IMG/VR virus record: IMGVR_UViG_3300031772_000008
Length of the DNA: 64,000 nucleotides
Strand: one strand, 5' to 3'
Source of the DNA: an uncultured virus (IMG/VR IMGVR_UViG_3300031772_000008)
Taxonomy: Duplodnaviria > Heunggongvirae > Uroviricota > Caudoviricetes
This document shows, piece by piece, positions 49,612 to 59,690 of this stretch. The notes under the pieces are model-generated. The model was not told the origin of the DNA, ran no database searches, and saw only the letters and a program-made list of their open reading frames with translations. Every line of letters starts with the position of its first letter. Position 1 is the first letter of the stretch. Both the position numbers and the translations under genes were made by a program.

Positions 49612-49746
49612 TGATATAATCACACAGTCTGGAGTGAGTAGCAGTTTTTTATTTGTCAATAGAGAACCACTATTCTGCGGTAAACTGCCTCTCTCCAGAC
49701 AAGATTGGCAAAACGTAGAATGGTGGTTCTTTTTTTGGAGGATATT
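49612..49746 (+). promoter_or_regulatory. Extended -10 promoter + A-B-C-A'-B'-C' leader, copy 3
   Basis: TGATATAAT 49612-20; A 49627-47/A' 49682-700; B 49652-60/B' 49704-12; C 49661-79/C' 49714-32; T-run, then GGAGG. Confidence 0.75.
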
Positions 49747-50319
49747 ATGCCCAGAAAACATAATTGCATAGATTGTGGCAAGATTATTTATGATACTTAT
49801 GCGATAAGATGCCAGATATGCCATAATATAAAAAGGAAAATAGAAAGTAAACCCCGAAGCTATTGTGTTGATTGCGGGAAAGTTCTTGCCAACAGATGCG
49901 CAAAAAGATGCGCGCGATGCTTCATCGAAAAACCAAAGAAAAGCTATGGATGGGTACACCAAGGAGTTCGCCTTATAAGTATTGATAGCGAAGACGTTCT
50001 TGAGCATAGATATATTATGGAACAATATTTGGGAAGACCACTTGAATCCGATGAGATTGTTCATCATATAAATAGGAATAGACTCGATAATCGCATTGAG
50101 AATTTGCAACTTATGACCAAAGGGGAACACACTACTCTTCATAATATTGGTAAGTCTAGGAAAGGTAAACATAGTCATGGGTGGACGCCGGAACAACGCG
50201 AGAAATATCTTATTGCTTTTACTAAAAGACATCCAGCAACCGAAGAAACTAGGAAGAAAATTAGTGAGAATGTCAAAAGAATACGCTCCGAAAGATTTTG
50301 GTCTAGTCGCCATAAATAA
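49747..50319 (+). CDS. HNH homing-type endonuclease inserted antisense in the structural operon
   Basis: Zn-finger repeats; EHRYIME..LGRPL..DE.VHHIN.NRLDNRIENL; NUMOD-like tail. Confidence 0.9.
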   Translation: MPRKHNCIDCGKIIYDTYAIRCQICHNIKRKIESKPRSYCVDCGKVLANRCAKRCARCFIEKPKKSYGWVHQGVRLISIDSEDVLEHRYIMEQYLGRPLESDEIVHHINRNRLDNRIENLQLMTKGEHTTLHNIGKSRKGKHSHGWTPEQREKYLIAFTKRHPATEETRKKISENVKRIRSERFWSSRHK

Positions 50320-50322
50320 GAC

Positions 50323-50865
50323 CTAAACTGTCTCAATATCGGGCCAATTGTTAGCCGCTCCCCCAGCTTTCTTGGCCCACACGGCGTAAACTCCGCTGTC
50401 GAGGCATGGCAAATACCCACCATTGTCACGCGCTATTCCGAATACATCTGTGAATCCATTCCAAATCGTATTGAGTCCCGCGAGGTCTGTCGTAATCCAA
50501 ATCTTGGCAGATTCTACTGGAAGTAAAGTTACTGAATTAATAAGCGTGTAGGTGAATGAATGGCAGTTTACATTTCTTTGTTGCACCACGTATTCCAGAT
50601 TTTGCTGGATTGTTTTTACTGGAGCAGATACAACATAAATAGATACAGGTCCAATAGTGTCTGCCTCTGCCGCAGTCGTTAGGTAAGTGTACCAGCCGTT
50701 TCCTATTTCTGCTTTAGTACCCGCAGAGGGATTAAAAACACCTCCAGCCTTAGAAATAAATAAATTCCAAGCAACTCCAAGTCCAGGTACTTCGGTGTAA
50801 TTCCCATCGACTTGCACGAAACAGATTCTATTCTGTTGATTTATTTCCCATTCGGGGTACCACAT
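50323..50865 (-). CDS. Putative virion protein
   Basis: ISKAGG.F...EIGNGWY.Y..TAAE.DT.G motif; late operon. Confidence 0.6.
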   Translation of the reverse strand: MWYPEWEINQQNRICFVQVDGNYTEVPGLGVAWNLFISKAGGVFNPSAGTKAEIGNGWYTYLTTAAEADTIGPVSIYVVSAPVKTIQQNLEYVVQQRNVNCHSFTYTLINSVTLLPVESAKIWITTDLAGLNTIWNGFTDVFGIARDNGGYLPCLDSGVYAVWAKKAGGAANNWPDIETV

Positions 50866-50895
50866 TGGGTTTACTCCTTATACTAAATTATATCA

Positions 50896-53800
50896 CTATC
50901 TGCCCCCACGAATCATAGCCCTATACATAGATTTAAAATATATTTCGTATCCACCTTGACTGGGGCTTACGGAAGAGGATGGGCTTAAGCTCATACTTAC
51001 ACTTGCACTCGCAGAGCGACTTACGGACGGACTCATGGACATTGAAACAGACGGGGATACACTTGGACTAAAACTCGCAGAGGGTGAAATACTGGGACTT
51101 ATTGAGGGTGAGGCTGAGGGACTTATGCTGGGACTTACAGAAGGACTTACTGAAGCCGAGGGACTAATAGAAGGGCTTATAGATGGGGATATGCTCGCTG
51201 ACGGAGATACACTAGGACTTGCTGATGGACTTACTGATGGACTTATAGAAGAAGAAGGACTTACACTCTTAGAGACAGAAGGACTAACAGAGGGTGAGAT
51301 TGATGTACTTGGACTAACTGACGGCGAAACCGACGGACTTATAGATGGGCTGACACTTGGAGAAATACTTGGGCTTACAGATGGTGATATAGAACGTGAT
51401 ATGCTAGGAGACGCGGATGTACTTGGCGATAACGAAGGACTTACCGATGGGCTTATAGAAGGACTAATACTTTCTGATGCAGACGCAGATGGACTACGGC
51501 TAGGGCTACCAATAGCAACACTAGGTGATACCGAGGGACTAACCGAGGAACTTACGCTTGGGGATACCGATGCACTCGGAGACAATGACGGTGATACAGA
51601 TTCACTAATACTAGGACTAATACTAGGGGATACTGACGGAGATACACTAGCTGATGGAGATAAACTAGGCGATACACTCGGACTTATACTTGGTGAAATA
51701 CTTTTAGAAACTGAGGGAGAAACAGAAGCGGAGGGGCTAAGTGATGGAGATATGCTTGGGCTAACACTCGGTGAGATACTTGGGCTAACACTTGGGCTTA
51801 CTGAAGCAGACGGACTTAGTGACAGAGAAACACTTGGAGATACTGATTTAGAAACACTTGGAGATACTGACGGAGAAACCGACCCACTCGGTGAAATACT
51901 TGGTGATGCGCTAGGTGAAATTGACGGAGATATACTGGGACTCACAGATGGAGAAACAGACCCAGATGGAGAAACTGAAGGGGAAACTGACTTAGAGACA
52001 CTTGGAGAAACACTCGGAGAAATACTTGGGCTGATGCTAGCAGAGGGGGATAACGATGGACTTACACTGGGACTTGTTGAAGGACTTTCGGAAGGCGATG
52101 CACTACCAGATGGTGATATAGATGCACTCCCAATTGATTCTGATGGAGAAACACTAGGACTCACACTTGGAGAAATAGAAGGTGATGAGGATGGAGAGAC
52201 GCTAGGACTAATACTTGGGGATACGCTTGCACTTGGAGATATAGAAGGACTAATAGATGGACTGTAAACAGTTGTGTCATTGTAGTATTCTAAGAAATAT
52301 AAATCATCATAATTCTTAGTCCCACTAACTTCCCAATCAACCTCATGCTTTAATTTTAATGTCCCACGAGTATATATATTTATAATATCATCGGCATAAA
52401 TACGGGTTAGATAATAATTAGTATCAGAAAGTGTACTCGTTCTAGATAAAACAATCCAATAAGTTACATTTTTAGTAAGTTGTGTTCCAGCATTGAACAA
52501 AAAGTGTTCCAAGCTTTTTGTAGTAGTAAGGTCTGCGCCAGTAACAGTTATATAAGATGTAGCAAGTAAAGCATTAGGAATACCACCACTGTCTGAATAT
52601 ATCTGGCATTGAACAGCATCGGTAGGCGTTCCAGATTTGAATAGATATACTTCTACATCGCAAATATCAGCGGTGTGCGATGGCTGGAATGATTGACCCA
52701 CTTGTGTATGAGTGACTTGCCCAAACGCAAAGTTATCTGTTTCGATGGTTTGCTGTTGGTCTATATCACAATTTGCTCCTGGAGATGGAGTTGGAGATGG
52801 CGATGCGCTTGGAGACAGAGAGGGCGATTCGGAAGGGCTGACCGAGGGCGAAATGCTAGGCGATACCGAAGGCGATACACTTCCAGATGGAGAAAGTGAA
52901 GGACTTACACTGGGACTTATAGAAGGACTAATACTAGGACTAACAGACGGAGAGATACTGGCTGATGGGCTAAAACTAGGGCTAACACTTGGACTTACTG
53001 AAGGACTTATAGATGGACTAGTTGATGGTGAAACTGAAGCGGATGGGCTTAGACTCGGAGATACTGAAGGACTTATGGATGGACTGACACTTGGAGAAGC
53101 ACTTGGGCTTACCGAAGTGGAGGGGCTTAAACTAGGACTCACTGATGGAGATACACTCGGTGATATTGATGGACTTACACTAGGAGAAATACTAGGAGAT
53201 ACAGAAGGCGATACACTAGTCGAAGGACTTATTGAAGGACTTACGGAGGGAGAAACGGATTTAGAAACACTAGGACTTACGCTCGGCGATACAGATGCAG
53301 ACGGGGATAAACTAGGGCTGACTGACGGTGAAATAGAAGGGGAAACAGATGGACTTACCGACGGGCTTACCGATGACGATGGACTTTGTGAACGACTGAC
53401 TGAAGGGGATACCGATGGACTTACAGATGGAGATACGCTCGCTGAAGGGCTTAAACTCGGACTTACCGAAGGAGAGATACTAGGCGATACCGATGCGCTA
53501 GGCGATACTGACGGTGAAACGCTAGGACTAACACTTGGGCTTACGCTTGAACTAGGACTTTGTGATTTAGAAACCGATGGACTTACCGAAGATGATGGAG
53601 ATCGAGATGGGCTTACAGAAGGTGAAACAGACTTAGATACACTTGGACTAACTGATGATGATGGACTTTGTGAGGGCGAGTAAGGAGGATAATCGCTTGT
53701 GTATGTTAAAAGTACCTGTCCACCTGCGCCTAGGGAATACCCAGCAGTAGTAGCATCACCACCACCACCGCCACCGCCAGGAATACCACCGTTCCCGCCT

Positions 53801-54399
53801 AATAGACCATCGGTATCACCACTACCAGCGCCACCGCCACCACCGAGATCATTAGCAGCGCCATTGGCTCCGCCTGTTAGACCACCCGCTCCACCTGAAC
53901 CATTATCACCTGCACCGCCGTCACCGTGAGCACTAGCTGCTGCGGCAACACCTGGTAATCCAACCCCATCTTTACCAGCAGCTCCACCGCCGCCCCCGCC
54001 AACGTCTTGTGTAGTATGTGCCGCTGCACCTGCTCCACCGTTTGTCCCGGCTGGAGTACAACTCGCTCCAACACCACCTGCTCCACCGGCGCTACCACTT
54101 ACCCCTGTTCCACCAATTGCAACGACTGTAGTTGTACCGAATGTAGAACTAGCAGCAACAGCAGCGGTATCTCTTGCACCGCCCGCTCCTACTACGATCG
54201 TATAAGTATTTCCCGCAGTTACCGCAAGTGTAGCATCGACGGTATAAGCACCACCACCTCCACCGCCACCACCAGCACTACTAACATATCCACCGCCACC
54301 ACCAGCACCCCAAGCCTCAACCTTAATTTGAGTTACATCGGGAGGACAAGTCCACTTGTAAGTTCCTGCAACGTTGTACTTCTTGATTTGGGTTCCCAT
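50896..54399 (-). CDS. Giant Gly-rich + mucin-like (SPSV/I)n virion protein with central beta-sandwich domain
   Basis: N-terminal WTCP..V...EAWGAGGGG glycine-rich domain; two SPS tracts (~300 and ~440 aa) around GQSFQP...TYWIVL. Confidence 0.85.
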   Translation of the reverse strand: MGTQIKKYNVAGTYKWTCPPDVTQIKVEAWGAGGGGGYVSSAGGGGGGGGAYTVDATLAVTAGNTYTIVVGAGGARDTAAVAASSTFGTTTVVAIGGTGVSGSAGGAGGVGASCTPAGTNGGAGAAAHTTQDVGGGGGGAAGKDGVGLPGVAAAASAHGDGGAGDNGSGGAGGLTGGANGAANDLGGGGGAGSGDTDGLLGGNGGIPGGGGGGGDATTAGYSLGAGGQVLLTYTSDYPPYSPSQSPSSSVSPSVSKSVSPSVSPSRSPSSSVSPSVSKSQSPSSSVSPSVSPSVSPSVSPSASVSPSISPSVSPSLSPSASVSPSVSPSVSPSVSRSQSPSSSVSPSVSPSVSPSISPSVSPSLSPSASVSPSVSPSVSKSVSPSVSPSISPSTSVSPSVSPSISPSVSPSISPSVSPSVSPSLSPSTSVSPSASPSVSPSISPSVSPSLSPSASVSPSTSPSISPSVSPSVSPSFSPSASISPSVSPSISPSISPSVSPSLSPSGSVSPSVSPSISPSVSPSESPSLSPSASPSPTPSPGANCDIDQQQTIETDNFAFGQVTHTQVGQSFQPSHTADICDVEVYLFKSGTPTDAVQCQIYSDSGGIPNALLATSYITVTGADLTTTKSLEHFLFNAGTQLTKNVTYWIVLSRTSTLSDTNYYLTRIYADDIINIYTRGTLKLKHEVDWEVSGTKNYDDLYFLEYYNDTTVYSPSISPSISPSASVSPSISPSVSPSSSPSISPSVSPSVSPSESIGSASISPSGSASPSESPSTSPSVSPSLSPSASISPSISPSVSPSVSKSVSPSVSPSGSVSPSVSPSISPSISPSASPSISPSGSVSPSVSPSVSKSVSPSVSLSLSPSASVSPSVSPSISPSVSPSISPSLSPSASVSPSVSKSISPSISPSVSPSLSPSASVSPSVSPSISPSISESVSPSLSPSASVSPSVSSSVSPSVSPSVAIGSPSRSPSASASESISPSISPSVSPSLSPSTSASPSISRSISPSVSPSISPSVSPSISPSVSPSVSPSTSISPSVSPSVSKSVSPSSSISPSVSPSASPSVSPSASISPSISPSISPSASVSPSVSPSISPSASPSISPSISPSASFSPSVSPSVSMSMSPSVSRSASASVSMSLSPSSSVSPSQGGYEIYFKSMYRAMIRGGR

Positions 54400-54408
54400 T
54401 TATACTCG

Positions 54409-56136
54409 TTAACCCTCTAAACTATTTACTATATCAATCCCTTTACCCCAATAAGGTATTGTATCACTTTCTATCCACGTTTTAGGTTTTCGTCTAAACT
54501 GGTCTATGCTCCACCTGTTTGCTGTTAAATTACCATTATGCCTTACGTCAACGATAGGAACTGGACTGTCCCAATACTCGAAATTGAGATTATCTACACT
54601 TACTGCCCTATGATGCGTTCCTGGCTCAAATCCTTGATCGCGTATAAACGACCTGAACGGATGCGTGTTACCGCCTAACTCATTCCACATCTTCTCTGTA
54701 TTAATTACGCGTTGCCTATAATGCTTTATTAGAGTATCTCGATATGCGCATAATCCACTTGTCTGTCCACCTTCGTGCTGTAAACAAAATCCATCTGGAA
54801 GTCGTAATTTCCACCAATTTTTATTATAGTAGTATTTATCGCGTTCGGGGGGTACGAAATCGAAATGCTCTTTAGAGTACAACACATCGTGCTCACAAAA
54901 GTAGATGATGTCACAGTCTAATTCCTCCAATCCAGTTAATATTTGCTTGAACATTGTTAGGTGTCCGCGTTCCAATGGTAATACGATATTGTCCCCGAAG
55001 TCTATCGGATAAAGACTAACCGATACTATCCTGTGTCCATTAACGGACTTAAGTAACTGCTCTTGACAGGCTTTCATAATGCCTGGGTCTAATTTGTTAT
55101 CTGTATAGTAGAGTATTCCCTTTGTGATACCAGTATCAGATAAACTATTTGCAGGGATAGTATCGTTCATAACACCTCTAAATATTTCAGGACGTGTTTT
55201 TACGATAGACGCCTCGGACTCAAGCAACTTGGCTAAATCCTCGTCAGTCCAGCCTTTAACCGGCCAGAATTTCTTTACCAGCCAAGACAATGGGTGAACT
55301 TGTTTGTCCCATTTGTTATTAAAGAATAAATCACGGGCGCATTTCTTGGCATGCTCAGCTTGTCTCTGAGACATAGCGTACGGGAATGAGAAATCACCGC
55401 CAGCAGTCCGAAAACAGTGGGCATAGTATGTTTTGTGGTTTACTATTACCCGACCTCCACTTAACCATGTCTTTATTGCGATTTCTAAGCCTTGCGAACC
55501 CCAACTACCCCAAGACTCATCGTTCATACCTAATTCAAAATACTTATCTTTCGTCATCATCCAGCAAGACCCTTGCAGACTCATAGTTTCGGTAAGGTCG
55601 CCCTTGAACTCTGGACGATTTTTGTACTCATTAAAATACTGGAAATGGGGATCGCTGTCAAAGCAATAACTCAAACTTTGAGGATTTGTTTTAGAAATCC
55701 ACACAATATCACGTTCAGTTGGTTCTCCACACTCTTTACACGGCCCACTTATTCCCTGATATCTCGTATGACCATTAGGGCATTTCCAGTTGAACACCCA
55801 AAGATTCCTCATCACGGGGACTTGCGTCCAATCAGGTTGCATATCATCAATCAATATTCTGTCAAACCCTTGAGCAACTGCACAATGGGCATCTAATTTC
55901 ATCAGATACTTACCAGTCGCAATTCTCGCTGCTACATTACACGCCGCTCTTTGTCCGATACTTTCTGGATAATGCAATAACGTAACTCGTTCATTCTGAG
56001 GGACTGGAGGGTCAGCCCATTCTCCATCTAATACCGCGATAATTTCAATGTCTGTCTCTGCGTGTTCCAATATATCTTGGATAGTTCGAGACAAAAAGAG
56101 TTCGTTTCTTGACGGAATTAAAATACTCAAGTCCAT
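54409..56136 (-). CDS. Two-domain glycosyltransferase (GT2 + second GT-A-like domain)
   Basis: LSILIPSRNE, MKLDAH, QGSCW; second domain IYFCEHDVLY. Confidence 0.85.
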   Translation of the reverse strand: MDLSILIPSRNELFLSRTIQDILEHAETDIEIIAVLDGEWADPPVPQNERVTLLHYPESIGQRAACNVAARIATGKYLMKLDAHCAVAQGFDRILIDDMQPDWTQVPVMRNLWVFNWKCPNGHTRYQGISGPCKECGEPTERDIVWISKTNPQSLSYCFDSDPHFQYFNEYKNRPEFKGDLTETMSLQGSCWMMTKDKYFELGMNDESWGSWGSQGLEIAIKTWLSGGRVIVNHKTYYAHCFRTAGGDFSFPYAMSQRQAEHAKKCARDLFFNNKWDKQVHPLSWLVKKFWPVKGWTDEDLAKLLESEASIVKTRPEIFRGVMNDTIPANSLSDTGITKGILYYTDNKLDPGIMKACQEQLLKSVNGHRIVSVSLYPIDFGDNIVLPLERGHLTMFKQILTGLEELDCDIIYFCEHDVLYSKEHFDFVPPERDKYYYNKNWWKLRLPDGFCLQHEGGQTSGLCAYRDTLIKHYRQRVINTEKMWNELGGNTHPFRSFIRDQGFEPGTHHRAVSVDNLNFEYWDSPVPIVDVRHNGNLTANRWSIDQFRRKPKTWIESDTIPYWGKGIDIVNSLEG

Positions 56137-56137
56137 A

Positions 56138-56743
56138 CTACACCACCCAGAACCAACTCGGTGTATCTATGATATTAGTAAGAAACCAAGGCTTTATCTT
56201 ATGTGAGTACGTCCATCCATTCACCACATCCACTACATGACAAACCCATTTATTACTCGTACGTCTATAATCATGTCCTGCTAAAATCCCTCCTTTCCTT
56301 ACTTTCCTCGACCAATGATAGATGTCCTCGGTTACATGCAGATATTCATGATTCCCGTCAATATATACAAAATCAAAGTATCCATCAGGGTAATCTTTAA
56401 CTGCATCCATGCTAAACTTTTGTACCAGGGTGCAGTTATAGGGCGCTAGTCTTTTTAGCGCTTCAGCTTTATTCGCATCAATATGACCCTGACTTGTGTA
56501 ATCCGTATAACCTCTGTACGCTTTCCACGAATCAATCCCGTGTAATGTGAGTCTTGGGTTAGCCTTGCATAATACCTCCGAATACAATCCCTGGTCAACA
56601 CCTATTTCCGCGCCGATGTTGAAATCCAATTCCCCGAACAATTCTGCTAACCCGTCACGCATGAACGGGATTGTGATTGGCGCATTATGAGCGGGTATAC
56701 CAACTACTTGGTATTTCTGGAAAATATATTCTAAACTATCCAT
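56138..56743 (-). CDS. Class I SAM-dependent (sugar O-)methyltransferase, Methyltransf_24-like
   Basis: GAEIGV, DFVYIDGNHEY, GGILAGHDY. Confidence 0.88.
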   Translation of the reverse strand: MDSLEYIFQKYQVVGIPAHNAPITIPFMRDGLAELFGELDFNIGAEIGVDQGLYSEVLCKANPRLTLHGIDSWKAYRGYTDYTSQGHIDANKAEALKRLAPYNCTLVQKFSMDAVKDYPDGYFDFVYIDGNHEYLHVTEDIYHWSRKVRKGGILAGHDYRRTSNKWVCHVVDVVNGWTYSHKIKPWFLTNIIDTPSWFWVV

Positions 56744-57395
56744 GTCTCATCTTCCTCGTATAAGTTAAATAAGGTATCTCTCCGTACTTCTCATTGATAA
56801 CATGAATACTACACTCGCTTTTTTGAAGAACATACGGTAACGCCAATTGATCTATAATATGGTAGCGCGATATGTGATACCACCATTCCCTCATAACCTT
56901 GTGGATTTGTTCACTATCTTTATATACAAACGCAGTAGACGCGTATAGAGTATCATCGACAAATTCTTTATCATCCTTAATCTCTGCCATCTGTTCGTCA
57001 ATCCATTCACCTGAATACCTTGACAATATATATGGACTTCCTCTCGCAAGACATTTCTTCAGGAAATCAGCCTCTTGTTGAATGGTATTACGGTCAGGAT
57101 GCTTGAAGAAGGCAGCATCACATCCAGAACATTGTTCTAAGAACCACTTGACACTATCTTCATGCCACATAGAACACGACCCATCCACCCAGATATAATA
57201 TTTATATCCAGGAACTATCTGCCACATGAAGCACTTTAATATCCTCGCTTGCATACGCGGGGTCATGGCTCTTGACCTCGGTGGGAAGTTCTCATCCGTA
57301 AATCGATAGAAATCGTAATCTACGGACTGCTTAACGTACTCGAATATAGGGTCGAACTCTCCCAGATTGGCAGTAACAACAGCGACTTTATTCAT
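56736..57395 (-). CDS. DUF616/TOD1-MUCI70-like glycosyltransferase
   Basis: YIWVDGS, FKHP.R.TI.QE, DQLALPY. Confidence 0.75.
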   Translation of the reverse strand: MNKVAVVTANLGEFDPIFEYVKQSVDYDFYRFTDENFPPRSRAMTPRMQARILKCFMWQIVPGYKYYIWVDGSCSMWHEDSVKWFLEQCSGCDAAFFKHPDRNTIQQEADFLKKCLARGSPYILSRYSGEWIDEQMAEIKDDKEFVDDTLYASTAFVYKDSEQIHKVMREWWYHISRYHIIDQLALPYVLQKSECSIHVINEKYGEIPYLTYTRKMRHG

Positions 57396-57783
57396 GTATC
57401 GCCTCGCATATTGAATGTGCCAATGATAGATGTAAATCTTCCGCTTGTGTTATAGTAACATCGAAAATGGGAAACGATATACAATTAATACCAACTGCCC
57501 AACGTATCACGTTAAGTATATTATTAGACCTTCCACTGGTAGAAATTAAAATAATTAAATCTCCTGGTTCTGCATATACCTTCAACTGGTCTACGAATAT
57601 ATTGTCGAAACTATCATCATTTGCATAAGCAGTTAATAATGCCTCATTCGAGCACAGACTATAAGCTCTTATTCCGCACATCTTCACCAAATCATTTACG
57701 AAGTGGTTTGCAGTGGACGCACTTCCACCATTCCCACATACATACACTCGCTTTGCTTTCTTAATTGATTCTGCGTAGTTCAT
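57388..57783 (-). CDS. gmhA: Sedoheptulose-7-phosphate isomerase (SIS domain)
   Basis: CGNGGSASTANHF, LTAYAND, F..QL, ISTSGRSNN, EDLH. Confidence 0.88.
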   Translation of the reverse strand: MNYAESIKKAKRVYVCGNGGSASTANHFVNDLVKMCGIRAYSLCSNEALLTAYANDDSFDNIFVDQLKVYAEPGDLIILISTSGRSNNILNVIRWAVGINCISFPIFDVTITQAEDLHLSLAHSICEAIHE

Positions 57784-58709
57784 AATATCCTGCAATCTGC
57801 ACCATTCCAATCGATTGAGAAATCGACATGCCTTAGTCCTTTTCCTGCCATTTCATACTTGAATGCGTTTTGTTTACTAGGCTCTACAATGAAAAGCATG
57901 TAACCTCCGCCTCCTGCTCCGCATAATTTACCAGCCATCGCTCCAACACTCAACGCGTATTGATAAATCTCATCCGCAAAACTACTAGACACAAGTGGAT
58001 TGGATTCCTTCTTCATCTCCCAAGATAATTTTAACGTCCTTGCAATCTCATAAATGTCTTTCTGCATTATATAATAAATCCCTTTATGCGCTAAAGTATT
58101 TAAGTTATCAAGCGCACGGATACTATTGGGTGTTAAGGATTTATAGTTGTCAAGTATTCTAGCAGCTTGTCTTTTGAATCCAGTATGAAACAATATAAGG
58201 TATGGACGTATCGGATCAATGACATCCCTTGAAATAGGATGCACGTTAACATTGCCATTCTTAAAGTCTAAAATATTCGCTCCACCGTAACTAGAAGCGT
58301 ATTGGTCTTGTATCCCAGTGAATAGATCGACATTATCTACTTCTATCTCTCTGGCTTTCTCGGCTAACTCTGATTTAGTCATTTTTACATTTCCGAACTT
58401 ATTAGCCGCATTGACTAAAGCTACTGCTAGGGCTGCACTAGTACCTAATCCAGATTCTATCTCACCTCGAAATATATGCTTTACCCCCAACGTATAACCT
58501 GGAGCTAAGGTATGTAGAATAGTCTTAAAGAATATCTCCGAATCATAACTCTTTAGATTCCACTCGTTATCTTCGTTTAGGATAATTTCTTGCCTGATGT
58601 TGATAGCGATATTTACGCACGTTCCACCGTACATGGTCGAATAAGGAGGTACGTCTGTACCTCCACCAAATAACCCTATTCTACATGGAGCACTTGAATA
58701 TATCCTCAT
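57780..58709 (-). CDS. hddA: GHMP kinase, D-glycero-D-manno-heptose-7-phosphate kinase-like
   Basis: APCRIGLFGGGTD, SGLGTS, G.QDQYA..YGG, GKLCGAGGGGY. Confidence 0.85.
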   Translation of the reverse strand: MRIYSSAPCRIGLFGGGTDVPPYSTMYGGTCVNIAINIRQEIILNEDNEWNLKSYDSEIFFKTILHTLAPGYTLGVKHIFRGEIESGLGTSAALAVALVNAANKFGNVKMTKSELAEKAREIEVDNVDLFTGIQDQYASSYGGANILDFKNGNVNVHPISRDVIDPIRPYLILFHTGFKRQAARILDNYKSLTPNSIRALDNLNTLAHKGIYYIMQKDIYEIARTLKLSWEMKKESNPLVSSSFADEIYQYALSVGAMAGKLCGAGGGGYMLFIVEPSKQNAFKYEMAGKGLRHVDFSIDWNGADCRIL

Positions 58710-59011
58710 GGCTTCTCCAGTAGACTACTTAGAGGTAGTGCAGTATCATCTATTAATAAATCAAAAGGAACTTTTCTATTAGACACCGCGTGATAGTGGA
58801 CGTTGTGTTTGTCGAGCCAATCGAAAGTTACATTCATCAGCCAATTCTGTCGTGCTGTGTAGATAATAACAAAGTCGTCTCTAAATAAATCGTTCACAAG
58901 TGCAATCATATCTAATATAGGTTTAGCTTCTGAGCATTGTTCTATCGTGTCCCAATGTTCACCTATACACAAAGTATTGTCCAAGTCCACGCCTACTCTA
59001 CGTCTACCCAT
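58706..59011 (-). CDS. HAD-family phosphatase (capsule biosynthesis type)
   Basis: VDLDNTL, IIYTAR, LIDD. Confidence 0.8.
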   Translation of the reverse strand: MGRRRVGVDLDNTLCIGEHWDTIEQCSEAKPILDMIALVNDLFRDDFVIIYTARQNWLMNVTFDWLDKHNVHYHAVSNRKVPFDLLIDDTALPLSSLLEKP

Positions 59012-59690
59012 TACCCCAATCCTTTCCGACATTAGCAACCATAACTTCATTGCGCATATTCTCTTCGTAGATATGGCGCATTTGTCTACTCAATGAATGT
59101 TTCGTACCTTTTATCCTGTAGTTAATTACTTTCTTATCGTCTGGAGTATATATCTGGTTTAGTAATCCGCGCGGCAATTCTCCGCGCTTACCACCGTTAA
59201 GTACTAGTCTACACAAGAAGTCTTTATCGTCAGGGCCATAGAACTCGAATCTCTCATCGTATCCACCTATCTTAATAAAGTAATCCAGCTTGCAAAATAA
59301 TGAATTCAGACATTTCTCTCCATTACCCCAGATAGCTCCCTCTTTTATTTGCTCTCTAACTGCCTTAATGTACCCAGGCATAATAATCGTATCGGCATCT
59401 ACTTTTATAAAATACTCACTCTGGAATGATATTATGGCTGCGTTCCATGCCTTAGTAATATGCATGTATTTCTTTCCAGAAGTGTATTTATAGGCAATAG
59501 AATTACCTGGGGCTAATTGGGCTATCTCCATCAACTCATCCATGTATTCTGATAGTCCATCTGTACTGCTGTAGTCATATATACCAATGCGTACAGGAGG
59601 ACTTTCGTTTGCAGCGCGTATACGCGCTGGCATAGTTAATCTAAGGTCGTCCAATCTATTCATAACTGCGGTGCATAGACTGATTAGCAT
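59004..59690 (-). CDS. Glycosyltransferase (GT2/GT7-like)
   Basis: ISLCTAVMNR, VDAD, GGYDERF..YGPDD.DF. Confidence 0.85.
   Translation of the reverse strand: MLISLCTAVMNRLDDLRLTMPARIRAANESPPVRIGIYDYSSTDGLSEYMDELMEIAQLAPGNSIAYKYTSGKKYMHITKAWNAAIISFQSEYFIKVDADTIIMPGYIKAVREQIKEGAIWGNGEKCLNSLFCKLDYFIKIGGYDERFEFYGPDDKDFLCRLVLNGGKRGELPRGLLNQIYTPDDKKVINYRIKGTKHSLSRQMRHIYEENMRNEVMVANVGKDWGNG

Noticed and set aside
49597..50313. 238-aa minus-strand ORF
   Set aside because: Antisense to a clear HNH gene; no recognisable protein features.
51035..53683. Long plus-strand acidic ORFs (GLTEGETDG...), also 34300..34650
   Set aside because: Antisense shadows of SPS repeats; they begin and end with the repeat tracts and lack an RBS.
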